From Candidatus Fermentibacteraceae bacterium (GTDB taxonomy: Bacteria > Fermentibacterota > Fermentibacteria > Fermentibacterales > JCC-6), in the NCBI GenBank assembly GCA_041750285.1, contig JBGSZS010000009.1:32001-96000 (forward strand): a stretch of 64,000 bases of DNA, written 5' to 3'. The translations under genes were made by a program, and so were the position numbers. Positions 19,405 through 29,674 of this stretch are shown one piece after another. Below the pieces are notes generated by a model. It did no database searches. It was not told the origin of the DNA and saw only the letters and a program-made list of their open reading frames with translations. The first letter of the stretch is position 1. Every line of letters begins with the position of its first letter.

Positions 19405-19539
19405 ATGAACAGAATCAACCTGAAACACACTATCATTGGGCTTGTTCTTGGAGTACTGATTGCCCTCTTCATCGCCGGGGAAGTCAGGGAAAGGCATCTG
19501 GGAAGTGATCAGGATACGCAGGCAGGGGTTGAGCTCTAA
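19405..19539 (+). CDS. 44-aa single-pass membrane protein (not in ORF track)
   Basis: SD GGAGG; MNRINLKHTIIGLVLGVLIALFIAGEVRERHLGSDQDTQAGVEL. Confidence 0.6.
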   Translation: MNRINLKHTIIGLVLGVLIALFIAGEVRERHLGSDQDTQAGVEL

Positions 19540-20050
19540 ACTCTTCTCCCTCATCGGTGGTGTGGCAACGGGTCTCGTGATAACGATGGCCGTGGTCATT
19601 CCCATGCCGCGAACGCAGATCCCCGTCCTCGCAGCCAGCACCGAAACGCCCGTCTCCCAAAAGGTTATCCCGGTCAAGGAACAGTCGGACCCTGCCCCGA
19701 CAGCGGAGCGCGAAAACACCCCGCCTGCATCTGTTCCCCGGCTTGAACAGACAGCCCAGATAACTCCATCCCCTGTGTTCACGCTTCAGCCGGAAACTTC
19801 CCTTCCCGATCAGACCGGAAGGAACCTCGCCCTGCAGCAGGAGACAAGGTCCGTTGAACCCAGCAGGGTAACGCACCAGCTCTCCCAGGCCTGGGAACCC
19901 GGCATTGCCTACTCGCCCAGGTACCTCCCCCACACAGCCTCGGGCAACCCCCCGCGCAGACCCGACCCCGGACAGCCCGCCATCTCGGGCAGGGACGGCA
20001 GGAATCCCAAACCCCCTGAAGGTCCCGAACCCGCTTCTTTCGGAAACTAG
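19529..20050 (+). CDS. Membrane-anchored Pro/Ser/Thr-rich hypothetical protein
   Basis: TTG start overlapping the upstream small gene; N-terminal TM (LFSLIGGVATGLVITMAVVIP) then low-complexity P/S/T/Q. Confidence 0.5.
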   Translation: MSSKLFSLIGGVATGLVITMAVVIPMPRTQIPVLAASTETPVSQKVIPVKEQSDPAPTAERENTPPASVPRLEQTAQITPSPVFTLQPETSLPDQTGRNLALQQETRSVEPSRVTHQLSQAWEPGIAYSPRYLPHTASGNPPRRPDPGQPAISGRDGRNPKPPEGPEPASFGN

Positions 20051-20173
20051 CCCCAAAAACCTGACCATTCGCAGTTGCAGTCCCTGTTCCCCGAACACCC
20101 TTGCGCGAAGGGGAATCAGCTTTACCGCAAAACATCCCTGATGTATCATCCGTCAACCTGAAACGGAGGCCCC

Positions 20174-20596
20174 ATGAAAACCCCTGTCTTCGTCACACTG
20201 ATCGCAGCCTTGTCCGCTGCCGCCCCCGGCACCGGCCCGGCCGGGGAAGTCACCCTGAGCAGCATGATCCACGGCCTCGAACTGGGGATGAACCCCGGGG
20301 ACGTCATTGCAGTTCTTGGCGATGATTTCACAAGGGTGGTCTCGATGATGGTGGAAGCCGAGGTCTGGCGTTACGACTTCCCGAACGAACCTGGTTACAC
20401 GTTCATGGTTCCCTCCGGCGAGGACGAGGTGGACACCGAAGGGCTCGGAAACGGAAGCATGCGAATGCAGGTCTTCGTGGTGTGGAACGAGTCGGGACTT
20501 CTCGGCGACTACACTGTTTTCACGGGCAGCGAAAACGGGATCATCAGTGAGTTCCGGGTCTTCCCCGACGGCTCCGTACGGAAGTCCCGGTTGTAG
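20174..20596 (+). CDS. Secreted hypothetical protein
   Basis: SD GGAGG, signal peptide [16 protein letters not shown], acidic mature region. Confidence 0.65.
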   Translation: MKTPVFVTLIAALSAAAPGTGPAGEVTLSSMIHGLELGMNPGDVIAVLGDDFTRVVSMMVEAEVWRYDFPNEPGYTFMVPSGEDEVDTEGLGNGSMRMQVFVVWNESGLLGDYTVFTGSENGIISEFRVFPDGSVRKSRL

Positions 20597-20724
20597 CAAC
20601 ACCCGTGGCACCACCGCAAGGTCTTTCCCTTCACGGCAGGACCTGCCCCGAAAACAAAAAACGTCCATGGGACAACAGTGGCCTTGTTCCCAAAGCATCT
20701 GCATATTCAAAGACTGGAGGTCGA

Positions 20725-21603
20725 ATGAAGGGGATCATCCTTGCAGGCGGAAGCGGCACACGACTTCATCCGATGACGCTGGCCATAAGCAAGCAGCTGC
20801 TTCCGGTGTATGACAAACCCATGATCTACTACCCTCTCAGCATCCTGATGCTGGCCGGAATACGCGAGATACTCGTCATCTCGACACCGCAGGACCTCCC
20901 CCTTTTCAAGACGCTCCTCGGTTCAGGCAGCTGTTTCGGGATAGAGATCGAGTATGCCGAGCAGCCACGACCCGAGGGACTTGCCCAGGCTTTCCACATA
21001 GGCGAAGGTTTCCTTGAAGGCGGCCCTGCCTGTCTCATACTCGGAGACAACATCTTCTATGGCCAGGGCCTTTCATCCGTCCTGCAGGACGCAAGGAAGC
21101 AGGCGGAGAAACAGGGCGCCGTCATTTTCGGATACCGGGTCGCCGACCCTGAAAGATACGGAGTCGTCGAGTTCGACAAAGACCTGACGGTGCGGACGAT
21201 CGAGGAGAAACCGGCCAGACCGAAGAGCAACTATGCCATCACCGGGCTTTACTTCTACGATTCGGACGTCTGCAGGCTTGCCCGTCTGGTGACACCCTCC
21301 GGAAGAGGCGAACTGGAGATAACCTCCCTGAACAAAATGTACCTTGAGAAGGGCCTGCTCTCATGCAGGCTGCTCGGACGGGGAGTGGCATGGCTGGACA
21401 CCGGAACCCCGGACAGCCTCACAGAGGCCAGCAACTACTTCATGACCGTGGAGAAGAGACAGGGCCTGAAAGTGTCATGCCTTGAGGAAATTGCCGTTCA
21501 CATGGGATATCTTGACAGGGAGACGGCCCTTGAGCGTGTCGAGAAGCTCGGCGGAAGCTACTACAGTTATGTCGGATCACGACTCAGGGAAATGCATGGA
21601 TAG
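20725..21603 (+). CDS. rfbA: Glucose-1-phosphate thymidylyltransferase
   Basis: [57 protein letters not shown]. Confidence 0.96.
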   Translation: MKGIILAGGSGTRLHPMTLAISKQLLPVYDKPMIYYPLSILMLAGIREILVISTPQDLPLFKTLLGSGSCFGIEIEYAEQPRPEGLAQAFHIGEGFLEGGPACLILGDNIFYGQGLSSVLQDARKQAEKQGAVIFGYRVADPERYGVVEFDKDLTVRTIEEKPARPKSNYAITGLYFYDSDVCRLARLVTPSGRGELEITSLNKMYLEKGLLSCRLLGRGVAWLDTGTPDSLTEASNYFMTVEKRQGLKVSCLEEIAVHMGYLDRETALERVEKLGGSYYSYVGSRLREMHG

Positions 21604-22789
21604 ACTCGCCATTCTCGGAGGCTCCCCCGCCTTCAGTGAACCGCTTCATGTCGGCAGGCCGAACCTTCCCGATCGGGAGACCTTCAATGAGCTGTTGGAC
21701 GGAATGTTCGAAAGAAGATGGTTCACCAACTCCGGCCCCCTGGCAAAACGATTCCAGAAAGAACTCGAGAGCCTGCTCAAGGTCAAACACTGCATTCCGC
21801 TCTGCAACGGAACGATCGCCCTTGAACTTGCCTGCAGGGCCATCGGGCTGAAGGGGGAAGTGATAGTACCATCATTCACCTTCATCGCCACGGCCCACGC
21901 ACTGAAGTGGCAGGAGATCACTCCGGTCTTCTGTGACATGCGGGAAAGCGATTTCACGATTGATCCCGACAGGATAGAGGAACTCATCACCAACAGGACT
22001 ACGGGGATCATCGGCGTGCATGTCTACGGCAACCCCTGCGATGACGGGGCCATTCAAGGAATCGCCGGCAGGCACGGCCTGAAAACCGTCTACGATGCCG
22101 CCCATGCATTCACCAATGAAGTCAACGGAATACCGGTCTGTCAGTTGGGTGACATCTCCGTACTGAGTTTTCACGCCACAAAGTTCTTCAGCACCTTCGA
22201 GGGTGGTGCAGTGGCGACAGACAACGATGAGCTCGCGGAAAAGATTCAGCTCATGATGAACTTCGGTTTTGCCGGCCGCGAGAAGGACAGGGTCGATTAC
22301 ATAGGCACCAACGGCAAGATGACGGAGATATGTTCCGCCATGGGCATCGCCATGCTCGATCGCGTGGAGACGATCCGGGAGACGAACAGGCGCAACTACG
22401 GCTTCTACGATCGGCACATCTCCGGGATAAGGGGAATCACGCTCAGAAAACCCTCTTCCGCCCTGTCCGAACAGAACTGGCAGTACGTCATCATCACGGT
22501 CGACCAGGACGAATTCGGCCTGTCGAGGGATGAACTGATAAAGGTTCTCGATGCCGAGAACGTTCTGGCCCGGCGATACTTCTATCCGGGATGCCACAGA
22601 ATGATGCCCTACACGAACGAGTTCCCCAACAAGGGCAGGCTTCTCCCAGTCACCGACCGCGTCTCGGAAACGGTCATCTCCCTTCCAACGGGTGAGCCTG
22701 TGGACGAATCGGGCATCATCAGGATTTCCGGGGTGATCCGCAAAGCTTGTGAACAGGCTTCGGCCATAAGGAAAGCAATCCATGGCTGA
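21596..22789 (+). CDS. DegT/DnrJ sugar aminotransferase (VioA-like, dTDP-4-amino-4,6-dideoxyglucose)
   Basis: [53 protein letters not shown]. Confidence 0.88.
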   Translation: MDRLAILGGSPAFSEPLHVGRPNLPDRETFNELLDGMFERRWFTNSGPLAKRFQKELESLLKVKHCIPLCNGTIALELACRAIGLKGEVIVPSFTFIATAHALKWQEITPVFCDMRESDFTIDPDRIEELITNRTTGIIGVHVYGNPCDDGAIQGIAGRHGLKTVYDAAHAFTNEVNGIPVCQLGDISVLSFHATKFFSTFEGGAVATDNDELAEKIQLMMNFGFAGREKDRVDYIGTNGKMTEICSAMGIAMLDRVETIRETNRRNYGFYDRHISGIRGITLRKPSSALSEQNWQYVIITVDQDEFGLSRDELIKVLDAENVLARRYFYPGCHRMMPYTNEFPNKGRLLPVTDRVSETVISLPTGEPVDESGIIRISGVIRKACEQASAIRKAIHG

Positions 22790-23792
22790 GCGAACGACCT
22801 GGGGTGGTTTTTTCCCACTGGAGTTCCGCACTCCACACATCGGAGTGAACTCCAGAATCGCGCACCTGAAAGGCGCAACGCCTTTCTACAACGCAAGGAG
22901 CGCCATCTCGGCGCTGATTTCTTCAAATCCTGTCAGGGATGTCCTTCTGCCGCATTACATCTGCCCGGTGGTTATACAGGCAGTTGAACAAGCCGGCGCA
23001 ACCATGAGGTTCTTTCCCATAAATCCTGATTTCACCTTCAACTACAAAGAGCTTGCTCAGATGGCACGGGATGGTTCCCTGCTGGTAATCCCCTGCTACT
23101 TCGGCGTTCGAATGCCTGACCTTGATGCTCTTGCATCCATAAGGTCGCAAACCGGTTGCAGGCTCCTCCTCGATTATGCCCAGGCTCTCTACGAACCCTG
23201 TGCCGACGGTTTTGCAGCGGTCTACTCACCAAGAAAGTTCCTAGGGGTACCGGACGGAGGCTTCCTTGCCGTGGGTGGTGAATCGGGTCTGAAAACTCCA
23301 GGGAAACCCGAAAGGAAAGTCGAGACATCAGTTTTCGGTGATCGCCTTGCCTGCCACGGGATCCGCCTTGAATACCCGGGAGAAAACTGTCTGGATTCGT
23401 TCAGGCTGCTGGAAAACAACATGCCCTGCGGAAACATCCGCATGTCCGACATGGCCATGGGCATTTTCAAGGCATTCGACCACGACAGTGCCTGTGAAAG
23501 ACGCCTCCGGAACTACGAAACCCTTGCTGCATGCCTCGGAAAGCCTCTGGCTGAAAGCAAATCGGTACCGTTGTGCTTTCCCCTGCCCATTGCAGCTGAA
23601 GATTTCGACAGTGTCAGGCGTCATCTCATCGAAAACGGAGTTTTCATACCGTTCTACTGGCCGGGCCAGGACGAATGGATGAGACCGGGCAGGGGAGTGC
23701 TTGCCTTTCCGGTTGATCACAGGTACGACTCCGCTGACATGGCTGCCGTTTCGGAATTGGCAGAGAAGTTCATTCAGGAAAGGTCGGGATGA
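22782..23792 (+). CDS. Divergent DegT-like PLP-fold protein
   Basis: NARSAI, LPHYICPVV, YFG, DYAQA, YSPRKFLGVPDGG, RLRNY, FPVDHRY. Confidence 0.6.
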   Translation: MAERTTWGGFFPLEFRTPHIGVNSRIAHLKGATPFYNARSAISALISSNPVRDVLLPHYICPVVIQAVEQAGATMRFFPINPDFTFNYKELAQMARDGSLLVIPCYFGVRMPDLDALASIRSQTGCRLLLDYAQALYEPCADGFAAVYSPRKFLGVPDGGFLAVGGESGLKTPGKPERKVETSVFGDRLACHGIRLEYPGENCLDSFRLLENNMPCGNIRMSDMAMGIFKAFDHDSACERRLRNYETLAACLGKPLAESKSVPLCFPLPIAAEDFDSVRRHLIENGVFIPFYWPGQDEWMRPGRGVLAFPVDHRYDSADMAAVSELAEKFIQERSG

Positions 23793-24403
23793 GTTCTTTT
23801 TATTCCTCTGCCGAGCTTGCTGAGTTGGGACTCGCAAGCTTCGGGCATGATGTGAAGATCAGTCGCAAAACCAGTATCTACCACCCGGAACGGATCACAA
23901 TAGGAAACCACGTGAGGATCGATGATTTCTGTGTACTATCGGCGTGCAGTGATGGGTACATCAGGATAGGCAGTTTTGTCCATATAGCTGCACTCTGCAT
24001 GATCGAAGCTCCCGCAGGGTTCGAGATGGACGACTTTTCAGGACTCGCGGGCAGGTGCACGGTCTATGGCGGAACGGATGATTATTCGGGGCTTCATCTT
24101 ACCAACCCCTGTGTTCCATGGGAGTACCGAAGCTGCATCTGGAGAACCATCTCGATGAAAAAACACGCCCTTGCAGGTGCGGGAGCGGTGATCATGCCCG
24201 GAGTGACAATGGGCGAATGCAGCGTTGCCGGGGCAATGTCACTCATCACGAGATCGATTCCAGACGGACAGATCCATGCAGGAGTGCCGGCCCGTTTCAT
24301 TAAGGAAAGAAGCATGAATCTTCTTGAGCTCGAGGCAGAGTTCAGATCTTCACTGGAGAACGGCATTCACCGGTGCAGTTCCTGTGCCCGGAAAGAGGGA
24401 TGA
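23789..24403 (+). CDS. Hexapeptide-repeat (LbH) sugar N-acyltransferase, VioB-like
   Basis: IGNHVRIDDFCVLS, IGSFVHIA, TDDYSG..LTNP, GVPARFIKER. Confidence 0.85.
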   Translation: MSSFYSSAELAELGLASFGHDVKISRKTSIYHPERITIGNHVRIDDFCVLSACSDGYIRIGSFVHIAALCMIEAPAGFEMDDFSGLAGRCTVYGGTDDYSGLHLTNPCVPWEYRSCIWRTISMKKHALAGAGAVIMPGVTMGECSVAGAMSLITRSIPDGQIHAGVPARFIKERSMNLLELEAEFRSSLENGIHRCSSCARKEG

Positions 24404-24404
24404 G

Positions 24405-25400
24405 ATGGCCCAGGAAACCATGGTCAGGAGGGTTCGCATAATCGGGACCGGGAGTTTTGCTCCCGAGGGAATCGTTTCAAACTCCCAGCTGGAGAAAAGC
24501 GTATCAACATCAGACCAGTGGATCAGGGAAAAGCTTGGGATCCGCGAAAGACGGGTTGCCGGCAACTCCGTTTCGACGTCTACCCTTGCAGCCGAGGCAG
24601 GCAGGAATGCCCTTCAAATGGCGGGAGTTGCTCCGGAAGATCTGGACATGATCATCCTTGCCACGGCCACACCCGACCGGATTGCACCGGCGACCGCTCC
24701 CAGGGTGCAGGCCCTTCTGGGTGCATGGAATGCTGCGGCGTTTGACGTGAATGCCGTTTGCGCTGGTTTTATCTACGCCCTCACGATCGGAGCCCAGTTC
24801 GTCGGGACGGGAATGTCACGGAACGTGCTTGTTATCGGCGCAGACACCTTTTCCCGAATTACGGACTGGACACGAAGGGACTGTGTCTTTTTCGGAGACG
24901 GAGCCGGAGCGGTCGTCCTCTCGCATTCGGAAGATGATGCGGGATTCCTCTGCTCTCGCTTGTATGCTGATGGACGTGGATACGAGGCATTCACCGTACC
25001 TGCGGGCGGCACCGAAACCCCCGCCAGTCTCGAGACGGTTTCTTCGGGTCTGCACTTCTACAGGATGGATGGCCAGGCTGTGTTCAACACGGCGGTGAAA
25101 GTCATTCCGGACGCGTTGATGCAGGTCATAGGCAAATCGGGATTTGATGTGTCTGATGTGGATCATGTCATACCTCATCAGCCCAGTATACGCATCCTTG
25201 AAGAGAGTGCGAAAAGAATCGGCATTCCTTTCGAAAAGTTTCACACAAACATGGACAGGTATGCAAATACGTCGAGTTCCACGATACCCCTGCTTCTCGA
25301 TGAGGTTAACCGGAGTGGATCGATAAAGCCGGGGGAGCTTGTTGCCTTCGTGGCAGTAGGCGCAGGATGGGTCTGGGGAGCATCACTTGTAAGATGGTGA
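24405..25400 (+). CDS. fabH: Beta-ketoacyl-ACP synthase III
   Basis: GIRERR, AVCAGF (catalytic Cys), FGDGAGA, PHQPS (His), ANTSS (Asn). Confidence 0.88.
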   Translation: MAQETMVRRVRIIGTGSFAPEGIVSNSQLEKSVSTSDQWIREKLGIRERRVAGNSVSTSTLAAEAGRNALQMAGVAPEDLDMIILATATPDRIAPATAPRVQALLGAWNAAAFDVNAVCAGFIYALTIGAQFVGTGMSRNVLVIGADTFSRITDWTRRDCVFFGDGAGAVVLSHSEDDAGFLCSRLYADGRGYEAFTVPAGGTETPASLETVSSGLHFYRMDGQAVFNTAVKVIPDALMQVIGKSGFDVSDVDHVIPHQPSIRILEESAKRIGIPFEKFHTNMDRYANTSSSTIPLLLDEVNRSGSIKPGELVAFVAVGAGWVWGASLVRW

Positions 25401-26098
25401 ACAACATGGAGTTTCCTCTTTACGTTGTCGTGGGGGGGTCATCCGCCCTGGGCACAGCTGTGGTGTCCGGTCTTCTGGGCATGGGCAGGAAAGTTGTCGG
25501 CACGTCAAGAACCGATAGGGTCAGCGACAATCCTGACAATTTGAACGTGATCTGCGACGTAACCTGCCTTGACGATTGCCGGAGGCTGGCCACCACAGTT
25601 TTCGGCATCAGCAACAGGGTCTTTGTCGTGTTCCTTTCCGGCATCTCAATAAACGCCATGGTTCACAAGGCTTCTCCGGATGACTGGCACCGCGTGATGG
25701 CAGTGAACCTCGAAGGGGCGTTCCTGATCGCGCGTTCATTCCTTCCGGAGATGAGGAAAGCCGGTTATGGCCGTTTCGCATTTGCAGGTTCCGTCACAGG
25801 AAGACTCGGGGCGGTCGGCACAAGCTCTTACAGCTCCTCAAAGGAGGGGCTTAAGGCGCTGTCCCGTGTGATTGCCTGTGAGAACGCAGCAAAGGGGATC
25901 ACATCCAATACAATCGAGATCGGATACATGGACTCCGGACTTACGAGCACGATTCCTGCTCCCATTCAGGACAGCATTCTGAAACAGATCCCGGCTGCGA
26001 GGTTTGGAGATCCGAACGAAATCACGGACGTTCTTCTGATGCTTGAACACGCGTCCTACATGAACGGTTCGGTCATTTCCCTCTCGGGGGGACTTTAG
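25394..26098 (+). CDS. FabG-like 3-oxoacyl reductase (SDR)
   Basis: GGSSALG, VNLEG, GSV, YSSSK, GITSN, IPAARFG; start 25394 or 25406. Confidence 0.8.
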   Translation: MVNNMEFPLYVVVGGSSALGTAVVSGLLGMGRKVVGTSRTDRVSDNPDNLNVICDVTCLDDCRRLATTVFGISNRVFVVFLSGISINAMVHKASPDDWHRVMAVNLEGAFLIARSFLPEMRKAGYGRFAFAGSVTGRLGAVGTSSYSSSKEGLKALSRVIACENAAKGITSNTIEIGYMDSGLTSTIPAPIQDSILKQIPAARFGDPNEITDVLLMLEHASYMNGSVISLSGGL

Positions 26099-26125
26099 AG
26101 AACAGCACAATTGGACAGAGGGTGA

Positions 26126-27214
26126 TCATCCGCTGTACATCCATCTGAGGGGATAGGCGGATGCAGCCTCAAGGGATTGCGGGGGGTGGGTCAGGCAGAT
26201 GTTGATAAGGTATTCATACGTTATTTTATCATGCACTTTTGAAGCTATCTCGAAATCAATCACACCAGCAGGAGCAAAAGACCTCTTGAACTCGTAAATC
26301 CCGTCCGAACCACCAGGACCCCCACCGAGAAGATAGTCATCAAACCCCGAATCCCTTGCCCACCTTATGATCTCGTGTTTCAGGATATTGTTTGGACGGG
26401 ACTCGAAGTACTCCTCTCTTGTTCCTCCAAGAAACGAATAAACCGCAGTATCAGAGCACAAGACCAGTTCGACTGAGAGAGTCCTGTCTTCCAGAACGGC
26501 GTAAAAGACCTTGCATCTGTTCCCCATCGTTTTGCTCAGATGTTCGTAGAATGCGACCGGGAAATGGAAGTACCCTTTCGCTTCCCTTCGACCCATCGTG
26601 TGGGCGTAGATTTCAAGAAAGTCCCCAAAACGCTCACCCAGAATACCTTCATGGAAGACTTCGATCCCGGTTCGCACAGCCTTGTTGATGTTTTTCCTGT
26701 TGTTGTGCCTGTAGCTCGTCCAGATATCCTGGTCTGACCGCTGAAGGGCAACAACGATCTGACTGCTGGCCCTCTTCAGATCGTAGTACCCTTTCAGACA
26801 CTGCGGAAAAGCCATCAGCGGATTCAGGCGTATCAACTCGGCCACAACTCCAGAGGTGCGGCAATGAGAAGCAAAGGAATCCATGAAGTCTGAAAGAAGG
26901 CTTTTCACGCCGTTGCTCCCGTAAATGCCTCCGTACCCGTATGCCGTAATGAGGTGAAATGTATCTGGAGGGGCATTCAGCCAGGGGTATGCTGAAAGAG
27001 GGCACCTGAAGTAAGGGTAGACAAGCGTTCCTCTATCATCGGTCAGAATTGCGCATTCGGGCTCTGAACAGGGATCCAGCAATGCATGCGCCTCGTAGTA
27101 ATGCCTGCTCGCGTATATGTCGCGCTGTTTCTCCGCCATGGAGTTCCATGCGTTATCCCACTTCTCGCTTCCGGGACCGACAACCTCGAACAACTCTGAT
27201 TCCTCCCTGCTCAT
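26126..27214 (-). CDS. FemAB/GNAT-like (Acetyltransf_6) acyl/aminoacyl transferase
   Basis: YGYGG, RLNP, RKNINKA, YFHFP..FY, YSFLGG, RPNNIL, LGGG, FKRSF. Confidence 0.8.
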   Translation of the reverse strand: MSREESELFEVVGPGSEKWDNAWNSMAEKQRDIYASRHYYEAHALLDPCSEPECAILTDDRGTLVYPYFRCPLSAYPWLNAPPDTFHLITAYGYGGIYGSNGVKSLLSDFMDSFASHCRTSGVVAELIRLNPLMAFPQCLKGYYDLKRASSQIVVALQRSDQDIWTSYRHNNRKNINKAVRTGIEVFHEGILGERFGDFLEIYAHTMGRREAKGYFHFPVAFYEHLSKTMGNRCKVFYAVLEDRTLSVELVLCSDTAVYSFLGGTREEYFESRPNNILKHEIIRWARDSGFDDYLLGGGPGGSDGIYEFKRSFAPAGVIDFEIASKVHDKITYEYLINICLTHPPQSLEAASAYPLRWMYSG

Positions 27215-27331
27215 GCATGCATATTATCAATCCTGCAACCGCATGGCGCCACATTGCATAAAAACCGGCCAGCGATTAGCATTGCATAGTTTTCGGCAAT
27301 GCACGTCAGCCTGATCTGTGATCGGATCGAA

Positions 27332-28312
27332 ATGAAAAAACAAGTCCGAATTCTGGGCTTCATATTGCCAATACTCGTCTCGCTGATATTATTATTTATC
27401 ATTTATCGCCATATAGACTTTCTTCAGCTTGTATCGAGTATCAAGAGCGCTAAAGTAACATGGGTTGTCATCTATGTTCTACTCTCATCAGTGGAACCAC
27501 TTATCCGTGGTTGGCGCTGGAGCTTTCTGGTCAGGTCATCATCAAAATCCATCACAGTGAAAGGGCTATTTATAGCAAAAGCAGGCAATAATCTACTTCC
27601 TTTCAGAATGGGTGACGCTGTCAGAACCCAGTACATCAAGGACAAGGCGGGAATCCCCTACTCGACAACTGCGGCTTCGATCATCGCTGAAACAGCCCTC
27701 GACCTTGCAATGCTGGGCTTGTTCGTCCTTGTGTTCGCCCTGTTCGTTGCTTCCACAAAAGGCATGCTGCTGTCACTGATTCTATTGATCGGTGTTCCTG
27801 CATCGTTTCTTCTCCTTGTCAAGGGCAAAGCCATGATTCCGCGTTTTGTGCGTGAATCAAAACTGTTTGTCATTGCCTCCATTCTCATGGGAAGGCTTCG
27901 TCTGATCATACGGAACAAAAACAGAATCGCTGTTCTGATGATCTCAGCATTGCTCTGGTGTGTCACACTCTCAGCTTCATATGCCGGCCTCATGATGTTC
28001 CTGCCGGAGGTGGGTTTCATGGGAGTGATCTCTGCAATTGTCTTTGTCTACTTCTCTGTTCTGGTCCCCTCAGCTCCCGGCTTTGTGGGCACCTACCATG
28101 CTGCGCTCGCTGGAACGCTTGCAATCATGGGATATTCCATTGCCGAGTACCCTGCAGTACCAATAGTGCTTCACCTCCTTCAGCTCGTTCCCCAGACTTT
28201 GTTCGGGCTGGTTTTCGGTATCCGATACATCTTCTCGAATGATTGGAAAAACGCCCTTGATGGTCTGAAGGGAGCACGGGCAAAAATCATGTCCGGACGT
28301 TCGAAATCATGA
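27332..28312 (+). CDS. UPF0104 / lysylphosphatidylglycerol synthase TM-region (flippase-like) protein
   Basis: RGWRW, NNLLPFRMGDAVR, PSAPGFVGTYH; multiple TM helices. Confidence 0.85.
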   Translation: MKKQVRILGFILPILVSLILLFIIYRHIDFLQLVSSIKSAKVTWVVIYVLLSSVEPLIRGWRWSFLVRSSSKSITVKGLFIAKAGNNLLPFRMGDAVRTQYIKDKAGIPYSTTAASIIAETALDLAMLGLFVLVFALFVASTKGMLLSLILLIGVPASFLLLVKGKAMIPRFVRESKLFVIASILMGRLRLIIRNKNRIAVLMISALLWCVTLSASYAGLMMFLPEVGFMGVISAIVFVYFSVLVPSAPGFVGTYHAALAGTLAIMGYSIAEYPAVPIVLHLLQLVPQTLFGLVFGIRYIFSNDWKNALDGLKGARAKIMSGRSKS

Positions 28313-29664
28313 GAGTTGCGGTGATCGGCGGAGGCATTTCGGGAGTTGCCGCATCCCATTTCCTTCTCCGTGCGAGTGCGTCAACCAACCTTGAAGTGAG
28401 GCTCTTCGAGAGAAGAGCCCATATTGGCGGCCTTTGTCAAACCGTTGATCTGGATGGGTTCAGGTTCGATTTCGGACCCCATAACATTCACTCCGTGGAC
28501 CCCTGGTTCAACGGTTACATGGAGACTCTTCTGGGCGAGCAGTACCGGACCAGGATATACAACCCCAAGGTCGTGTTTCGGGACAGCTTCATTCCATATC
28601 CCATGAAGGGTCTGGACATACTGAAGGGAGTTCCGCCACTGACTTCGGCAGCCTGCGCAGGCAGTTTCATCTGGAGTCGAATAGAATCCCTTTTCAGGGA
28701 GTGGAGGGACGACAGTTTCGAGGACTTCATCAGGAACAGGTTTGGAAGGAAGCTTTACAGCATTTATTTCGGTCCCTTCACTCTGAAGACATGGGGAGTA
28801 CCCGGCAGCATGCTGTCTTCCGATTTTGGCAGGCAGAGAATCGGCGTTTTCACTCTTTGGGACCTGTTTAAGCGCACATTTTTGAATATAAAACCCAAAG
28901 CAATGGAATCGGAAGAGGATCCGTTTCTAAACTCACGATGCGTGTACCCCGATCTTGGAAGTGAGACCATCGTCAGTTCTTTGTTGGACTCCTGCCTTTC
29001 AGATCAGCGCTTCCTGGTCGGAACGTCCGAACCGGTTGAAAGAATCGTTTCCACCGACGACCGATTCAGTCTGACAACGGCCAGATCCAGCTACATCGCT
29101 GACATTGTCTTCTCCAGTGTATCACTCACAGATCTCTTCCGGATGCTTGATCTTCCCGATCCGGGCCTTGTCTACATCTCCACCCGTTTTCTCCTGATGA
29201 CCCTCGACCAGGAGACCGTTTTCGGTTCCACTCCGTGGGTGTACTTCTCTGACGACAGCACAGCTTTCAACAGGGTGAGCGAGCCACGGAACATGAGCCC
29301 CCTCATGGCACCCGACGGAAAGACATCACTCTGCGTGGAGTTCACGACTACAGGCAACGATCCCATTGCACACGCTTCGGGGGAGGAACTGTTGAACATG
29401 GCTCTTGCCGGGCTTTCCAGGTACGGACTTGTCAAACCGGAAGCGGTCATGAAATGGCAGGTTGTCGACTGGGAGAACACTTATCCCCTTCGAACGCTTG
29501 ACTACAGGGATGCAACTGCCAGGGCTCTTTCAGCCCTCGAACCCATGCACAACCTGATCACTCATGGAAGGCTTGGCCGTTTCGAGTACTACAACATGGA
29601 TCATTGCGTGGCCGAAGCACACGATCTGGTTGCCGGCCTGAAGCAACGCATTTCAGAAGGATGA
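28309..29664 (+). CDS. FAD-dependent oxidoreductase (protoporphyrinogen oxidase / UDP-Galp mutase-like, glycan-locus type)
   Basis: VIGGGISG, IGGLC, FDFGPH, KTWG, GRLGRFEYYNMDH. Confidence 0.8.
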   Translation: MRVAVIGGGISGVAASHFLLRASASTNLEVRLFERRAHIGGLCQTVDLDGFRFDFGPHNIHSVDPWFNGYMETLLGEQYRTRIYNPKVVFRDSFIPYPMKGLDILKGVPPLTSAACAGSFIWSRIESLFREWRDDSFEDFIRNRFGRKLYSIYFGPFTLKTWGVPGSMLSSDFGRQRIGVFTLWDLFKRTFLNIKPKAMESEEDPFLNSRCVYPDLGSETIVSSLLDSCLSDQRFLVGTSEPVERIVSTDDRFSLTTARSSYIADIVFSSVSLTDLFRMLDLPDPGLVYISTRFLLMTLDQETVFGSTPWVYFSDDSTAFNRVSEPRNMSPLMAPDGKTSLCVEFTTTGNDPIAHASGEELLNMALAGLSRYGLVKPEAVMKWQVVDWENTYPLRTLDYRDATARALSALEPMHNLITHGRLGRFEYYNMDHCVAEAHDLVAGLKQRISEG

Positions 29665-29674
29665 CAGACCGGTT

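Noticed and set aside
24368..24403. C-terminal CxxC (HRCSSC) on the VioB-like acyltransferase
   Set aside because: Lies in a non-conserved-looking tail that also carries the next gene's SD; no second Cys pair
27244..27290. Sigma54-like TGGCGC..TTGCA and CATTGCATA direct repeat
   Set aside because: GG-to-GC spacing is 9 rather than the required 10; two 9-mers alone are weak evidence
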